From contig NC_089435.1 of assembly GCF_026210795.1 (NCBI RefSeq), forward strand, positions 4,712,001 to 4,776,000: a DNA stretch of 64,000 nucleotides. Reading direction: 5' to 3'. Source of the stretch: Rhizophagus irregularis (Eukaryota). The position numbers and the translations under genes are program-made. The notes under the pieces are model-generated. The model saw only the letters and a list, made by a program, of their open reading frames with translations, was not told the origin of the DNA and made no database searches. This document shows, piece by piece, positions 1 through 14,075 of the stretch; the stretch's first letter is position 1; each line of letters starts with the position of its first letter.

Positions 1-707
1 TATGAAGGTTATTACGTAAACCATTTTTTATACGGAGTAATTTTTATTTAAGATTCCGTAAAATTGATTTATGGTGAAGATTTACTACAATACTGCGGTA
101 ATATTAATTAATGATGTGTAACAAATTTTGAGAAAAAAAATTTTTAATTAAATAATTCGTCAAACTTTAACCAAATTGAGATAAATGTAATACTATTATA
201 CTATTCCCGATTAAGGGATAACTCCATTACATATACCAAATAAGAGAAAAAAAAGCACAATTACAATAACCATTTTTTTACATTACAAAAAAAGTTATAA
301 ATTTGACGTTCGATCAAATATTTGTCAAGTTAAAAATAATTTCCGCAGTACGGAAATTTTTTATTCCCAGCTTACCGTATGAGCCATTCTTTCCATTCTT
401 TGCAATAAATAAAATAATAAAAAGGCGCAGTCGTACAACAATAGTAAGAAAAAAAAATAAAAATTTTTTTTTTTCGTATATTTTCGGTTCTATCCGTTAT
501 ATATTATTTTAATACAAAAAAAAATTTATTTTGAAGATCCCTTTTTTTATGAAACACACAAGATTTGTATCACCTGACAAATACTTAATTGTGTATTATA
601 TATATAAATTACCCAACTTGAGTTAAATAATCAACTCTCCCTTTTTTTTTCCTTTCCGTCGAAATTTTTTTTTTTTTTTCGTTAACAGAAACACGGTATT
701 AAAAAAA

Positions 708-1350
708 ATGAACGTGAACGAAAAATCTTGTCGAAATTGTGTTGTTCTTAAAGCACAACTTGAACAACAAGAAGCTATCGTGGCCAAATATCTAAAGATA
801 GTACAATCTCAATCGGAACTAATACAAGATTTACAGAACAAATCATCAACGGTTGGAACATCCCCAAAACCTTCACCTCGTAGGCAATATTCAACAAACT
901 ATACGAACTATAACGGATGGGATACGACTTCCAATGATCCAAATAATAAAAAAACTCGTGGAGGTAATTTTTTTTTTTTTTACTTTACTGCGGTTATATT
1001 TAATTTTCTGATTTTACTTAATAAAGCATTTTAACAAAAAGGTTACCGCGCTTTTATCGGCTCTATTACAAGTGAAATCGACAAAGATTCATTAAAGAGA
1101 TGTCTTGAAGATTCATTTGGCAAAGTAGATAGTATTGATATTATAACTTCAAAGGTAATGTTATATTTCAATAATATTTATGTCTAATTTATTTATTATT
1201 AAACTAATTAAATATATATAATAGGCCTGTGCGTTTGCGGATTTTGCTTCACCAACCGCATATCATAATGCTGTTAGCGAAGGTGCCGTGTTAGTTAATG
1301 GAATAGCATTAAGCGTCGAAAGAGTGAGAAGACCTAAACCACGAAAATGA
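708..1350 (+). CDS. Small coiled-coil + RRM RNA-binding protein, 164 aa; exons 708-963, 1042-1154, 1225-1350
   Basis: Two GT-AG introns join an open frame (495 nt). RNP2-like AFIGSI and RNP1-like KACAFADF; N-terminal CxxC and heptad-like segment. The ORF track shows exon 1 only. Confidence 0.85.
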
Positions 1351-2145
1351 ATTTACGCAAACGAAAAACACACACAACATTATCTATCATTCTTTATTTA
1401 AACGCGGGCGATTAAAAAAAAAAAAGAAATGGTTCGAGTTTTATCATTTAAATCATTTATTTTTTTTTTTTGCGATTTTGAATTTGCGACGGAAATATAT
1501 ATTATATCCTTTCCTTTAATCTATTATTTTGAATTATTATCTTACTCATTGAATGTCTATACTTTTTTTTTCATATGAAAAAAATTTCCCCCGTAGACAT
1601 TTATCTTTTTTTTTCTTTTCTTGCGATTAAAAATTAGCGTTAAAAAAATGATAATCGAAATTTTATTATTCTGTTACATCGGTTTTTGCGTTGTTTTTAT
1701 TTGCGTTGAATTCTATCATTTACTGTATGTATTACATATTTTTTTCTTTATTGCGTATATTTTTTAGTTTATTATCATTTTTTTTAAGCTAGTTTTTCTC
1801 TAAATCATTTTATTAACGAAAAAATACCCTGTAAAAAATTCCAACAAAAAAAATTGAAAAAATTTAAAAAATAACAAAATTTAAATATTATTCATAGTTT
1901 TAAAAGAAGAAAAACTATTAATAATAAAGATCTTATTCTTATCTTTTTACTTGTATCAAAAAGTAAAATAAAGATAAATTAATTATTTATTATTCGAACA
2001 ATTTGATTAGGAAAATAAAATGAGTATTTTAAAATAAGTAAATAAAACAATCACAATCAACTTTAAATATGTATATATTATATATAAAAAGGAGTTGATT
2101 GTCTGGTGACATAAAATAATTAGGTCTAGACCTAAAGGCTTTTCA

Positions 2146-3061
2146 TTAAACCTTTGTATGTTTGATAAATTTGGAAGGGGTTGCCAATTGAGTACAGTAA
2201 AAATTTTTGAATTCTTTTAAACCCATGATTTTATCCTCATAATCCTCTGCTTCTATTTCTAGTGCCATTTTTCGAGCCACTTCACGAAAATTGTATTTAA
2301 ATTCCGAATGAAATTCTCTATAAATTTTAATTTCTTTTTTTGTTTCTTTGGTTATAGATTCTTTCCTTTCAATCCATGCATCTCTTTCATATTCCCTCAC
2401 TTGATTATATTCTTCTAATAACCTTTTTGCTTCAGACTCAAAATACAATTGTGGTTCCCAATTAGCCACACCGGGCATTTTTGGCAATTCATTTAAGAAT
2501 TTTATTAAAACTTTTGGAAATCCTTGTATTAATTTATAACCACTATAAGAATATAAGAAAATAAATAAAATTAATATACATATATGGTATATATTATACG
2601 GACAATATATATATACATTTTAGTACATATGGGTTGGTATATATATATATATTTATTTATTTATTTACACATATTAAAATTTTTTTTTTTTACCTAATAG
2701 TTCTTTTCTGTAAACAGGTTGAACAACAATAAAATTTGGCTTCCCAATAAAGAGTTAATTTAATTTTGTCTTTTTGTTCACAGAATTGACATTTTTCACA
2801 TATAATCATCAACCAAAGATATTGTTGTTCACTCATCACTTCGGTACCTGACGTTGTAGTACATAACTTTGGTGGAGAACGATTTAAGAATGGTATATGA
2901 TGTAATCTTGATTTACGCCAAATATGTTGAGATATTTCAGTTTTTGGCCATAATATGGATCTAAATTTTTTACATACTGAAGAAATTGTATAAAGATCAG
3001 AAGGAGTTAAATAAATAAAAATTATCATTAAAATTTCTGGAGGAAGTTCTATTGCCATCAT
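2146..3061 (-). CDS. F-box protein with a Cys-rich segment, about 254 aa; exons 3061-2694, 2542-2146
   Basis: N-terminal F-box LPPEILMIIFIYLTPSDLYTISSVCKKFR and CEKCQFC...CCSTC. A GT-AG intron joins the two track ORFs in frame (765 nt). Confidence 0.85.
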
Positions 3062-5029
3062 TTTTTTTTTGATTTTAACGGGGGGAGAGAATTTTTTTTT
3101 TTTTAAAAAAAATTATTATTAAGTATAATAATAATCAATTTACTTATATAATAATAAGTTTTGTTTATCTGATATATCATCAAAAAAATAAAAAAAAAGT
3201 GATTTTTTGAATGAATTCTTATTCTTATGACCTTATTGTTTATTTGTTTTTTTTTTTTACAAAGTAAAATAAATAAAGAAAGCTTACGGTAATTCTTGAT
3301 CTGGAGAAATGAATAATATTTTTTCTGGTTGAACCATTGAATATGAAAAAATAAGTTAGGAAATGTGGCTTCTAAAAATATGATTTCCGTGCATAAACTT
3401 TAAAACACGATGATATTGTAAATAGTATGTGAAAAATTCGGATCGTGATCTTTTGTAAATCTAAGCCTAATTGTCTTATATGGACTTGATTTTAAATTAC
3501 GAGTCAAATTATTGATAATGATTTAATAGTTACGTAGGACAATGGTGCTCAAAATTAAGCCAATACATTCAATGAGCATGTTAAATAGATGCATCCCGTG
3601 ATCAACAATTCAAGGAGACAAACTTTTATTCACGTGATGTTGAAATAAACATGTACTACATCGCTTCTCATCAAAAAGGGAATTCATTGTTTTCTCCAAG
3701 ATGAAAATAGTAAAATAAAAGAAAAAAATATTGATATAGTATTAATATAGTATTGATCGGCTTAAAGCAATTTTCTCTTGTAAGGTACAAATTGCCGATA
3801 ATCCGAGAATATTTAAATAACAAATAGAAGATCAAGAAAATAAATCGTATGATATTTGAAATCAAGAAAAATTGATCGTATGATAAAATAATAATAATAT
3901 CTGGTTGGCGTAAAAGACACTATAAATACTATAATGTTTTACAAATATAGGAATTCGTATGATTATTATAACTATTGTAATTATTGTCGGATTATATTCA
4001 ATGAAAATATCCATTTTTAAATGTGTTATAGATATCTCGTAAAAAAAAATAGGAGAAATTCGTGATAAAGAATAGCCATGGCTTTATATTTTTGACGGAT
4101 CTTTTAAGGTTAAGATAAGAAAGATAAGAACATTACGTTAAACTGAATTCAGATTATAGGGTTTTCAATGTACAGTGTAATGTTTCTCTCCCGCGTGTAT
4201 ATCTCTGTTGTATCTACCTATTTTTAAAAATTAAAATGACTTTATATATATCTATTATACTAATATAATACTGAGTTGATTTGGTAACCAAGTTATAATT
4301 GGTGAATCACTATGAATATATATGAAAAAGTTGATGAAAAAACAATTATTTCTTTAAAAATTTAAAAAAAATCAAACAAAATAAAAAAAAAAACAAAAAT
4401 AATTAAGAAATCAAACCAATTTTATGGACTAAAAATTTGCATTCCCATTATATTTGCAATGGAATAGAACTGCGGGCGTACTTTGTAATATTGTAATATG
4501 TATTATACGGGAGAATCGACAAGGGAGAATACGTATCGTCTCAAGCAATGTTAAGCCTTTAATTGCAAAAGTTATAAAAACAGGACCCTAAAGCAAAGGA
4601 AAGAAATCTTTTTTAATATATTTGAAAATTGTTTAAGCGAAAGTTATCTAAATAATGAGTATAACTAAAACTATTTCCGTAAAAACAATTAGAATCAACT
4701 TCCGCAAAAACAATTAGAGATTAGTAAAGAAAAAAATCACGAATCAAATTTAAAGTTACTACCACTTACATCCTTCATTATTGGAAAACTGATTAAACGC
4801 AGGCCTTGCACAAAAAACATGTCCGAACAGATTATAATATCTTTATTTAAGGTACATTTTTCAAACTGACTGTGAACCCTAGTTGTAGTGATTTTCTCTT
4901 GACAAAGTAGACAGTATATCTCTGGTTTTTATATTGTGGCGTTTCACGTGGTATTGTACGTAATGCTATAATAATACGTAAGTGCAATATGATTCAAACG
5001 AAAAAATGTTTCTCTTAAATTTGATCAAG

Positions 5030-5765
5030 ATGAAATATTTAATATATCTTTTCATTGTTATCGTTTCTATTATAATTTTATACAAATTTTTTACTTTATG
5101 CGATATTCTAAATATTCCAATCTTCTTTTATGTTGTACCATTTATTCTTATTTTTATATATGGCGTCTATCGCTTTATTAAAAGAATTGTAATTCTAACA
5201 AATCATAAATGGAAGGATCCCATCTGTGGTACGAAAAGAAGATTTTATTATTAATTATTATTACTAATATTATCAATTTTAATTAATTATTTGATTTAAA
5301 TCAAGTTAAAAAAAGAAATTATGTAAAGGCAATAAAACCCACAATGAAAAAACGGTCATGCAAACTAAAAGAAGGTACCATATAAATAATAAAATTAAAA
5401 GAATATTTGATATTAATGTTATCTGAATTCTTATTATTAATTTAAGGAAAAAATAAGCAAACTCTTAAACTCGTACGAACTAAAGCTGTAGATGATGGTC
5501 CATTTCTAACTAAAGAAGAATTCCATAAACAATTGAATTTGCTTGAGAGTAATTTATTTCTTTTAAATCAGTTTTCTGCTATATCTATTTTTTTTTTTCC
5601 ATCAAAATTAAATTATACTTTACAGTTAACAGGTTGAAAGCTCTTGAGAAAATTGAAGTTAACCAAAGTGATGTAGATCCTGAAAGCATTAACGTTCGTT
5701 ACAGGAAAGAGAAGATCAAATTGTTAAAAAGATTTCGTCTTTCCTATAGAACATCTAAAATATAA
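5030..5765 (+). CDS. Hypothetical membrane protein (two N-terminal hydrophobic helices, basic C-terminus), about 169 aa; exons 5030-5228, 5306-5374, 5447-5548, 5626-5765
   Basis: Three GT-AG introns of 72-77 nt, all phase 1, give an uninterrupted frame ending at TAA 5763-5765. An alternative in-frame ATG lies at 5006. No family recognised. Confidence 0.6.
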
Positions 5766-8337
5766 TGAATGAATTCAACTACCTCGTAGATTTCACTTAG
5801 CTTTTTAGCTTTTAAGATTTTAAGAACTCTCAACAACTATACCAGAATGTAATTTGAGCAAGCAATAATTAGAATTCAGTACAAATTGTAAAATTTACTA
5901 CGTTATTGCTATTGATTTTGTGAAGATCCTCCTTGATGAGAAGGACGAGAAGGAAGAATAATGTCAGAACAATTTAAATTTTAGAAAATTAACGCGTATT
6001 GACTTGTTTAATTTTTGCTTAGATAAGACAAGGATACTTACTATCTCAATCTAAGAAAGTAATTGAAGAATTGAAAAAAAACACACACAATAACGAATCA
6101 TCAAACTAACGTTCGGTAAGAGATTCTGTAGTTAATAATTTATACGATGTTAATTTTTATATTTACTAACTTCATTCGTACAATATTCAAGTTATCGTTC
6201 ATCTACATTAGATCATATTTTACACATATTACAAAAAATTTGTTTTACAAAACTCTCTTGGAATAAAAATAATCCTCAAAAGAAACTCAAAAAGGTTAAT
6301 CAATCTAGTCACAATTGATACGAAAGGAAATTTTATCAACCCATTTTTTCCCTCAACGTTAATTTCCCACGCCTATTTTTAATATACTCAATCCCTTTAC
6401 CGTGAGAATAATATTTTAATAATGTGGCCTGATGATGTTGCGACCATTTAACAACCTATGTCGTAATATTAAACTTCTGTATTTGTAAGCGGTTTCGTTA
6501 TAATTGAAGTTAGATTGCAACCTGTTGCAATCCGAAATGTCTTCCGACAATTTTTGTTACAAAGTTAGAAATATAATCTCACAATTTTTTCCCACAAATT
6601 GAAAATACTGAATATTTGAACTAACTCATTCAATAAGTGAAGTTTGACCAAACGGACCGAATATACATCGTATTTTTCGGACAGGTGAAAGTCAAAAAGT
6701 TTAATCAATCGAACCAAGCTGAAAATGTCTTAATTTAACGATATTCTGAGCAGGTTTGTTTATCCAGATTTGGGGAAAAAAAAATTGTATATTGTAATAT
6801 TAGCTATTGTATTTATAACAGTCAAATTATTTATTTATTAACATTCTTTATTAATTGTCTATAAAATTTTTTTTGTGCCCAATAATTAAATAATATGCAT
6901 GTTTCGGGAACTTCTAAAGATTGATTAGGGGACTTCTTTCAAAAAGCCCTCTCCTAAACCTAATTATGATCTTCGGCTATAATATTATTGTCTCACGAAT
7001 CAAAACTTTAAATATAAACTTTACTTATTTCGGTTTCGGCTACGCCTAAACATTTAGTTTCGGCAGTACTTTTAATTAAAGGAAATTAGGTGTACAACAT
7101 TTACACAAGATTCAAAGAAAATATTTTATTATTAGAAAAAGCGTGTAAAAATTGGAATGATATATAATGAATGATATGTATAATGATAAATGTACTATAA
7201 TAAATAAAGGTTCAGAAAATACAAAATATAAATTATTGTATTCAAAATATTTAATCTATATTATCAATATTGCAAGTTTGCAACATATTAAGGTGAATAC
7301 TACTTTGGTTATCGGTTATTATTTGAATCAAATCGGATCGAAAATTATCCCTAAATGCGATCTAGATTATATCTCCGTTGGTTATACACTTATACAGTAT
7401 TTATGACTTCATAAAACGAGCAATCATTTTTAAATTACGGGAATGTTGTCCTACAACTATGGATAAAAAAACGGAAAAATTATTTTACAAGGATACATAC
7501 AAAAGATAAACTCAAAATATATATGCTACTACTATTGGTAATACGTAGTACGGTAGCAGCCACTTTATTGTTATATATTCCCTCTAGGACAAATCTATAA
7601 GAGAACATCATTAAGAAACCTGAAGGAATTCTAGTCAAAAATAGGTAGAAATAAATAAATATTTCGATATAAAAATGATAATAAATTACATGGTGTGGTG
7701 TGGCAAATTCTGTGGCAATTCTTTAATATTTGTATAGTTATGATGGAATGACATCACATGTACAGATGTACTTTTCTTTGCCTGGCCCATTCATGTGTAA
7801 ATGAATAATTTTAACAACTAAATTGAAATTTCATTTATGTCCCAGAAAAGTATCAATCGGACAAGAGGAAAAGAACTTCCATATAAAAATGAAGTTGATC
7901 AATAGACTAAACCTAAAATGTATTGATCTTCGAAGGATAGATTAATTAATAAATTTTCCTTTTTTAAAACAGATTATAAATGAAATTAAATGAAAATGAA
8001 TAATAAATACGTTTATCTTAATTGTTCACTGCGGCTTCAAAAAGAAAGAACTGCGTTTAAGTGGCTTACTTGTTCAAGTTAAATGAAAATCATGGCGTCG
8101 TGAGGTAATTTTGATTTCCGTGACTCAAATTTCTTAATGAGGAATAATGTGGCACCAGTCTTATAAACAAATTAAAAATTTGTTATATTTTTTTTTATGT
8201 TCTTTTTCCTCCTTCCCTTTTTAATTAAAAAAAAAAAAAAAGAAAGCGAAAAAAAAAAAATAAAAATAAAAACTTTAAAATAATAAATATTTCAAGACAA
8301 AAAAAAAAATATATATATATATATATTTTAAAATAAT

Positions 8338-9960
8338 ATGCAATCAATACTTCCTTATGATTGTATAGCGGATATATTAAAATTTCTTCGTGATGATAAG
8401 AAAACACTTTACGAATGTTTATTTGTTGACCGAAATTTTTGTCAACTTACAATTCCTTTACTTTGGAGTCGACCTTTTGAAAAAGAGAACATGAAGAAAT
8501 CATATATAATTATAAATACATTGGTATCATGTTTAAAAGAAAAAGAAAAACAACAATTAATGAAAGAATTTAACGATTCAATTGAAATAAAAATAGCATT
8601 ATTTGATTATGCTAGTTATATTAAAGGATTTGATTATCAAAATTTTGAGTATGCAATAAAAAAATGGACCGAATCATATTTTAATTATTTTGTACAACCT
8701 TTTAATATACATATTTTTATATTTCAATTAATGGGAGATTTAATTTTTACTCGTACAAAAAATTTCAAAATGTTAAATTTAAGTCATGATAAATATCATG
8801 ATGAAGAAGAAAAATCTTTTGAATATAATATATTTCAAAAAATTTTAACATTTAATAATATTAAAAAAGTTTTAATTAATTTAGAAAAATTAGAATTAAA
8901 ATATTTTAGTTGGGGACATGATATTGATGGATCACTTGGTGATAAAATTTCAAATTTTTTTATTGAATTATCAAAATATTCTAATAATATTCAAGATTTA
9001 ATTATTGATATCTTTTTTGATTCAACTAATACATCAAAAGTTAGTAAATCTTTGGCAAAATTAATTGAATCACAAAAAAATCTTTATTCCCTTCAAGTAA
9101 CAGAATATATTGATTATTCTTTTATTAATTCAATTCAAAGTCAAGCAAATTCTTTAAAATTTCTTAGAATTATAGAATTAAGTAATTTTCATTCTTTATT
9201 ACCAATATTATATCATTGTGTTAAATTAAAAACTCTTGAATTAACGGAATATTTTGAAGTTGAAGATTTATGTGAACTTTATAATTCTCATATTTCTTTA
9301 CCTCCAATACATATTGAAAATTTATTAGCTTATCAAATTGAGATGGAAAGGAATATACAAAATTTTGAAGATGCGATGGCAATACTTATTAATTTATCAA
9401 AACATAAATTAGAATCTCTTACAATGGAATTTGTTACTTGTAGAACTATTTCTTTTTTAAAATTAAGTTGTCCAATTAATTTAACTTATTTATCTTTAAA
9501 AATTTCAACTTTTGGTTTAATTAAATTATATGAAATAATTTCTTTATTAAAATTACTTAAAACTTTAATTATTATTGAATCTGGAAGATATGAGGATCCT
9601 TTATCACCTGAATCTTCAAATAAGATAAATCAATTAATTAAATTAGCGATTTCGATTCCAATTTCTTTAACCCGTCTTGGAATATCATTTTTAGTTGATC
9701 TTACCGGTTATGAAATGTTTTACAAAGAATTTTCTGTACCTATTCAAGAATTAGATATTTATATTTCATTGGATGATGATCATTTGAAAGGAATTATTTC
9801 TTATGCTGAAAAAAACAGGAATTTAAAAAGGGTTGGAATTATGAGATTTAATCATTCTTGTTTAGATGGTCATATTTCTAATGATCTTTATTTAAAAGCA
9901 AAATCCTTAATACCTATTATAGGTGAAACGAAAAAAATCAAGCATTTTGTTAATAGATAA
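8338..9960 (+). CDS. F-box/RNI-like (LRR) protein, 540 aa, single exon
   Basis: LPYDCIADIL...LYECLFVDRNFCQLTIPLLWSRPF and FDYASYIK motifs, followed by LxxLxL repeats; typical of the expanded Glomeromycota F-box family. Confidence 0.88.
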   Translation: MQSILPYDCIADILKFLRDDKKTLYECLFVDRNFCQLTIPLLWSRPFEKENMKKSYIIINTLVSCLKEKEKQQLMKEFNDSIEIKIALFDYASYIKGFDYQNFEYAIKKWTESYFNYFVQPFNIHIFIFQLMGDLIFTRTKNFKMLNLSHDKYHDEEEKSFEYNIFQKILTFNNIKKVLINLEKLELKYFSWGHDIDGSLGDKISNFFIELSKYSNNIQDLIIDIFFDSTNTSKVSKSLAKLIESQKNLYSLQVTEYIDYSFINSIQSQANSLKFLRIIELSNFHSLLPILYHCVKLKTLELTEYFEVEDLCELYNSHISLPPIHIENLLAYQIEMERNIQNFEDAMAILINLSKHKLESLTMEFVTCRTISFLKLSCPINLTYLSLKISTFGLIKLYEIISLLKLLKTLIIIESGRYEDPLSPESSNKINQLIKLAISIPISLTRLGISFLVDLTGYEMFYKEFSVPIQELDIYISLDDDHLKGIISYAEKNRNLKRVGIMRFNHSCLDGHISNDLYLKAKSLIPIIGETKKIKHFVNR

Positions 9961-11569
9961 AGATTAATTATTCATTGGGCAGGTTATTGGCAAAAGAAAT
10001 TTCATTGGCAAAGAAATTCATTGGCGAGATTGGTCCCAATCATTCCTAATATAAGTGTGATAAAATAAGGGAAAAAAAAGGTGTTTTAAAAAAAAAGGTG
10101 TTTTTAGGACATTATTATTTAGCCACCATTATCACCATTATTTCAAATGAACAATGATAATGATTAATTTATATGTATATATATATATATAAAAAAAAAA
10201 ACTTTTTTTTACTTACCATTTTTTTATAGTCCTTTCACTAAATCTAATTTATTTTAGTTTTTTTTTTCTTTTTAATTTCTTTCTTTCCTTCTTTTTGTTG
10301 TTATTTTTTTTTTCACTTTGTATATATTTATATATTTACTATTATTATTATTATTATAAAAAAAAAAATTTTTTTTTTTCTTTCATTTGTAAATTTTTTT
10401 TTTGCAAAAATGAGATTCCGTGAATCTTATTAAAAGAAACGAATTTAGGAATCGGTTAATTTCATCTTTTTGTAATACTAAAATTAAAAATTAAAAATTA
10501 AAAAATTAAAAAATTAAAAAAATTAAAAAAAAAATTAATTTTGAGTTAAAAAAAAAAAAATATCGTTTTTACGTGTTCATGTATGAAAAATGCAAATGAA
10601 AGTAGTACGAAAACCATTGTTTTCATTGTTATATCCTTTTTATTCAAATTTTCTAATATTTTTATATCTTTTTCAATCATTAATTAATCTAGGTTCCCCC
10701 ATAAAAATATTTAAAAAAGGTTGTATTAATATTATTGATATTAACGAAAAAGGAAAGCTTTAAATGAAAAAGGAAGAATTCTGTTACCTTAACAAATTAA
10801 AAATAGGTGAAATAATCAAAAGTAAATTTCCTCCTCTCTTTTTCTCTAAAAAAAAAATCATAAAATTTACTTCAGGAATGTCGTTATTACTTAAGCCCAT
10901 TTCTAAAGATAAATAATCTCTTTAATGAATAATAAAATCTTTTTTTTTATACACCGTTATCATACTCTTTTTATTAATCTAATATTCATAATATAACCAC
11001 GGACCATATACTGTATCTGCATTATTATGAAAAAAATATTCGTGTATTAATCTGATATCATTATAAATATCCCCTATTATAATTATTATTTGAGGAGAGA
11101 AAAAATAAATTAACAAATTTATAAAAGAAGCATAAACGGAGAAACTTTTGAAATTTTTACCCACGGAGGATAAAATGATTGGTCAAAAAAATGCCACGTA
11201 ATGACCCATTTTTGACTTGCTGAATTATACTCCCGATCGCGTATAATTTTAACCGACATAATTATATTTTATCGTTATTAATTATTACAAGTTTTTATAA
11301 ATTAACAATTATAGTAATACCGCTCGTCATAGTGATATTTCCTCAGTTAATAAGCGATACACACCTCTCGTTAAAACCGAGATGACTGATGTAATTACTA
11401 TGATATTAAATTCTAATTAACGAAAACTTAACACATTGAATCGATTCCATATATATATATATATATATCAGGTAAAGGTAAATGCCACAATGAAGTGATT
11501 CTCAGTCTAAAAACCCGATAACATACATAATATATATATATAGTAAAAGGCAATTTCATTTTAGTTGAA

Positions 11570-13512
11570 CAAAAATTTTAAGAAAACAACCCTATGACCG
11601 CGTGTTCGTCTTTGGTAATCCCATTCTTTAGATACTCCCTCTTTCATAAAAACTATAGAATTTAATCATAACGTTTTATTTGGTTTAGTTTGCCTACAAG
11701 AGATAAAACTGACTAAAAACTCAACCAGTTAATTTTTTTTCGACATGATACCAAATTGAATAATCAAAAAAGATGAAGATTTCTCGATTTGGTCAAATCT
11801 CGAAAAGTAGGACTATTTATATGGTGATATTATTAAATTCCTTTACCAATAATAGAAGTAATAACGAAGCAATAACAAAATAAACGACAAAAGAAATTCT
11901 TTCGCATTGTTAATACTAAGACAATAAGTTTTAGTTTCTTTCGACATATTACTAAACATTTATTTAACACGTTAATCAATATGCACCCAATACATTATTA
12001 TCCGTACGGTGACCCGAAGTCCGCGTGTCCGTTGCTGGTAATCGCTCTTTTCATAAGGACTATGGAATTTAATTATTTTGTCCTATTTAAGAGTTAAGAC
12101 TGACTAAACCGTAATCAGTTATAAATAAGTACCAATAAATTTCAAGATTTGATTTTTTTTAAATGGTTAAAATTTAAATTATCTTTCAAGGCCATACACA
12201 AAATCGATAATCGATTTGGTCAAATCTTGAAAATTAAGGCCATGATGATATTAAATTTCTTTAATAACAATAGAAATAACAATAGAAGTAATAACGAAGT
12301 AATAATGAAATAAACTACAAAAACGAAACCAAAATTTAAGAGAACATAGTATCTATATGATCCGAAGTTCGCGTGTCCGTTGCTGGTAATGTAACCAACA
12401 TGTCTTTAGCAACAGACACTGCTTTGAAATCCTACTACGAACTCTATGACCTCGCTGCTTAAAGACCTTAAATGATTACAATGAAGTAATAATCCATCCT
12501 TTGGGATGATTAGGACACTTTCTCCAGATTCCTATGGAATTTAATTATTTTGTCCTATTTAAGAGATAAAACTTACTAAACCTTAGTCAGTTAATTTGTT
12601 TTCAACACGACAGAGAATAAGGACCAAATCGATAATCAAAAAAATTAAGATTCTTGATTTGGTCAAATCTCGAAATGTGGGACTATTTTTACGGGAATTT
12701 CTTTACTAATAATAAAGTAATAATAGAAGTAATAACGAAGTAGACGATAGAGAAAAAAGACCAAATCAACAATCAAAAAGATTAAGATTCTTGATTTGGC
12801 CAAATCTCGAAAAGTGGGATCATTTTTATGGAAATTTTTTACTAATAATAGAAGTAATAATAGAAGTCGACAGAGAAAAAGGAATAAATCGATAATCAAA
12901 AAAGATTAAGATTCTCTAATTTGATCAAATCTCGAAAATTAGGCTATTTATATGGTGTTGATATTAAATTTCTTTATCAAATATATACCTAATAAGCTAA
13001 TATGAGGGTGTAATAAAAAAAAACAACGAAATAATAACGAAGTAAACTACAAAAAAGAAACCAAAATTTTAAGAAAACAGAGTATCAATATGACGCGAAG
13101 TCTGCGTGTCCGTTGCTGGTAGCCCATCCCTCTGGAATGGTTAGGACACTTTCTTCTTTCATAAAGACTCTATGGAATTTAATTATTTTGGCCCATTTAA
13201 GAGATAAAACTGACCAAACCTTAGTCAGTTAATTTGTTTTCAACACGATAGAGAATAAGGACCAAATCGATAATCAAAAAGATTGATTTCTCTGATTTAG
13301 TCAAATCTCGAAAAGTAGGGCCATTTATATGCTATTTTGCCCTATTTAAGAGATAAAACTGACTAAACCGTAATCAGTTAATTTGTTTTCAACACGACAG
13401 AGAAAAGTACCAAATCGATAATTGATTTGGTCAAATCTTGCAAAGTAGGGCTATTTATAAGGTGGTACCTTTACTACTGTAATAGGAGTAATAACGAAGT
13501 AATAATAGAAGT
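11570..13512. repeat. Degenerate modular tandem repeat array (about 350-450 bp units with internal module duplications)
   Basis: Recurrent modules: CGCGTGTCCGTTGCTGGTA (~11600, 12022, 12370, 13104), TTTAAGAGATAAAACTGACTAAACC, GATTTGGTCAAATCTCGAAAA (7 copies) and AATAGAAGTAATAACGAAG. Confidence 0.85.
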
Positions 13513-14004
13513 ACTTACTGACGAAAAAAGCGAAGATCGAAATCTTTTTACCGGGGTATCATTAGTTCATTACAATCTTATCTCAACACTCAATGCCGTC
13601 TAATGTAATATTATCAAACTTTAGTAAGTTAACAAAGAAATCAATAATTAATTTTATTCTACAGCCAAATAGGATCATGCTTTTTTCATCATGCTGATAT
13701 TTTTTTATTAAGCTATAAATAAACTACCATTGCATAATTATTTTAATCAATAGTTTATATCATCCGAACTGCTTCGCAGTTCGGTGATATTCTAACCCCC
13801 CTATCAAATAACTAATATTTACTAAACTTTTTATTACGTTATAGACTTAAGCTTAGAATTTTTACGCGACAGTATATAAGAAGACTTACTATATTTTACT
13901 CCTTTACATCCTTTTACACATCCTTTTACGGGGACTTTATCATTTTTTATAATATTATTACTATATATAAATATAAACGGTATAAACGCGAAATAAATCG
14001 CTTA

Positions 14005-14075
14005 AAGGAAATATCAAGGAATATCAAGGAATATCAAGGAATATCAGGAATATCAAGAAATAACAGGAATATCAT
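14005..14075. repeat. Minisatellite (AGGAATATCA)n
   Basis: About 6 copies of a 9-10 bp unit, visible directly. Confidence 0.8.

Noticed and set aside
1827..1838. CCCTGTAAAAAA terminus matching the 38015 element
   Set aside because: No partner inverted end or TSD found; it could be chance in A-rich DNA.
11570..13512. CRISPR array or coding ORF (12663-12899) in the repeat region
   Set aside because: The sequences between repeats are themselves repeated modules, and the ORF is a low-complexity product of the repeat.
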